From Balanoglossus misakiensis (lineage: Eukaryota > Animalia > Hemichordata), in contig CM082585.2 in assembly GCA_040954595.2 (NCBI GenBank), positions 7,851,353-7,915,352 on the forward strand: a stretch of 64,000 nt of DNA, read 5' to 3'. Positions within the stretch are counted from its first letter, which is position 1, and every line of letters begins with the position of its first letter. The notes below the pieces were generated by a model that searched no databases, was not told the origin of the DNA, and worked only from the letters and a program-made list of their open reading frames with translations. Shown here piece by piece: positions 62,160 to 64,000 of the stretch. The position numbers and the translations under genes were made by a program.

Positions 62160-64000
62160 GTCAAACTGCGTTGTGTTCACAATGACTTTTCAAATGCAAG
62201 TGGATTTTTGATAACACATACAGATGCGTATAATTTCTTTCATTGGCAACGAATCCAAACGGTTTTTAAGCTTATGAATTTTTATGTCTGATAGTTGTTA
62301 ATTTCTGTATTTTTTTTAATCGTCGGACTGAGTATATTGATAAACTTATCACAGTATTCACAAACTGAGAGGATATTTATGGCAAAGGGTCTTTTACATT
62401 TCTTTTGCAAGTCGGTATCTGATTGGTTGATAAGCCGCTGTGTTTTCCCTTGTTGTTCAGGTAACCCAATCAGGGTATGTTTTACAGAGATGGGTCAGAC
62501 CCATTGTGTTTTTTTTTTCATAAAGCCAGTTTGCTTCTTTTGACCACATTCAGTAGTTGTCAGTGTTGCTAAGTGTTTGTGACTTTGGCAACGACCAAAA
62601 CAGGGGCAGACTTATTTTATTTTTACCAACAGGTAAACAAGACAGCACATAGATGAAGGGGGATGCACATCAATTTTATATATTAATGAAAAAATAAACT
62701 TGAAAAATTTTGGGCCTGCTTGCTGTAACTCTCTCAATTCTATGCAGGGAGCTTGTTTTTATTGAACTCACTTTGTTTATTTGGGTATTCAGTGTGACAT
62801 ATTTAACCGATCTGAAACTCAAAAATAATATTTGAATAATAGGGGTCTGTCGTGTATTAGAAAGGGGTTGAATTTTACATTATCAAAGGCTGAGTACAGA
62901 ATATAAAAAAAAATTACCAAAGTTTCATCTGACAAGCGATGTTGATGATTCAACTGGTGGATTATAAATTTTGTGGTTTTTAAAAGGCAATGCTACCACA
63001 TTTGTTTAATTGACCTGGATAAAATTTAAATTTTAGCTCAAAACAACTGCTTACAATAATAGTGTTGTTTTCTTGAAAAGTCCTATACATTGCTGTTCCT
63101 GGAATTGATAAACTCGTATTTCATGTGTTTTCTGGACTCATACCTTTTGACGGTGCTCAATTTTCAAATTTCTAAAGCAAAACGGGGTGGGCAAGTGTAT
63201 TATATTGATTAAGGGGTCACACACAATTATATCATTATTCTAAGCCTGCCATGTAAATAGCCAAACTACAGCTCATATCCCTGTGTCCGGGGAGAAGATA
63301 TATTAATAACTGCAAGAAGTCAAGCAACTGGCATCTTATCCGAGATTTCAATACAAAGCAAAAACCGTGTATTTACTTTTGATTTTGTGTAGTTTTTTGA
63401 GAATTGACATTTTACACAGTGGGGTGACATGTTTATTTGTCGTGTTACGCCAAATAGAAAATTACAAAAAAAAATGTAAAACCGAGATGACAAAAAAAAT
63501 GGTTTGATGGCAGGTCCTGTGATACGTAGATTTTGTTGTTTCTTCTAGTGATGCAACATACGAGAGGTGTATTATATTAATGCCCCTGGCCAGACAGAAA
63601 TTTCCTTGTGTTTCCCACCCTCTCTTGTATACACATTTTTCGGACTGATCGGAATTTGCAGGTACCACAGGGCTTGCCACGCACCACCTTCAATGCACGT
63701 GTTAACCACAGAGATTAGAATACTCTTTTAAAAAGGAATAAGTTAGAATGAACTTTTTGACTTTTACCAAGACTGTACTGTACTGATCTGCTTCAGCCAA
63801 CCTTTTTTTCTACCTATCATACAAAATGGAAATTAACAAGAGTAAAAGAATTAATTTTAGGTGTGCAGGTACAGATAGAGAGGAAAAACAAAAAAATGCA
63901 AAATTTGAAAGAAAAAATACAAAAAAAAAATTAGAAATGGTACATTAGAATGCTGTTTAAAACTGTACTGTACAAATGTAAGATTTCACGTTGGAGCAAA

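Overview
AT-rich, intron-dense animal genomic DNA. The gene content and repeats suggest a marine invertebrate deuterostome such as a hemichordate, but that is inference. The first half (557-32392, +) is one giant single-pass membrane protein gene that I traced by hand through about 72 coding exons (about 4,400 aa). Its order is: signal peptide, Thr-rich mucin microexon array, 3 Sushi/CCP, HYR, four tandem [FN3-EGF-FN3-FN3-5Cys-EGF-Thr linker] modules, more FN3/EGF/cbEGF, an SEA domain with a MUC1-type FKPG^SIIV cleavage motif, EGF, about 14 cadherin repeats, TM, and a tyrosine-motif tail. Its recently duplicated modules show almost only amino-acid-changing differences, including in Tyr-rich loops. 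The second half holds an uncharacterised WD40/coiled-coil gene (-) with an intronless-CDS SLC35G/EamA gene nested antisense in an intron. It also holds EBPL plus a degenerate tandem paralog (-), importin alpha 3/4 (+) head-to-head with that paralog, and several MITEs. All exon models are manual and lack transcript support.
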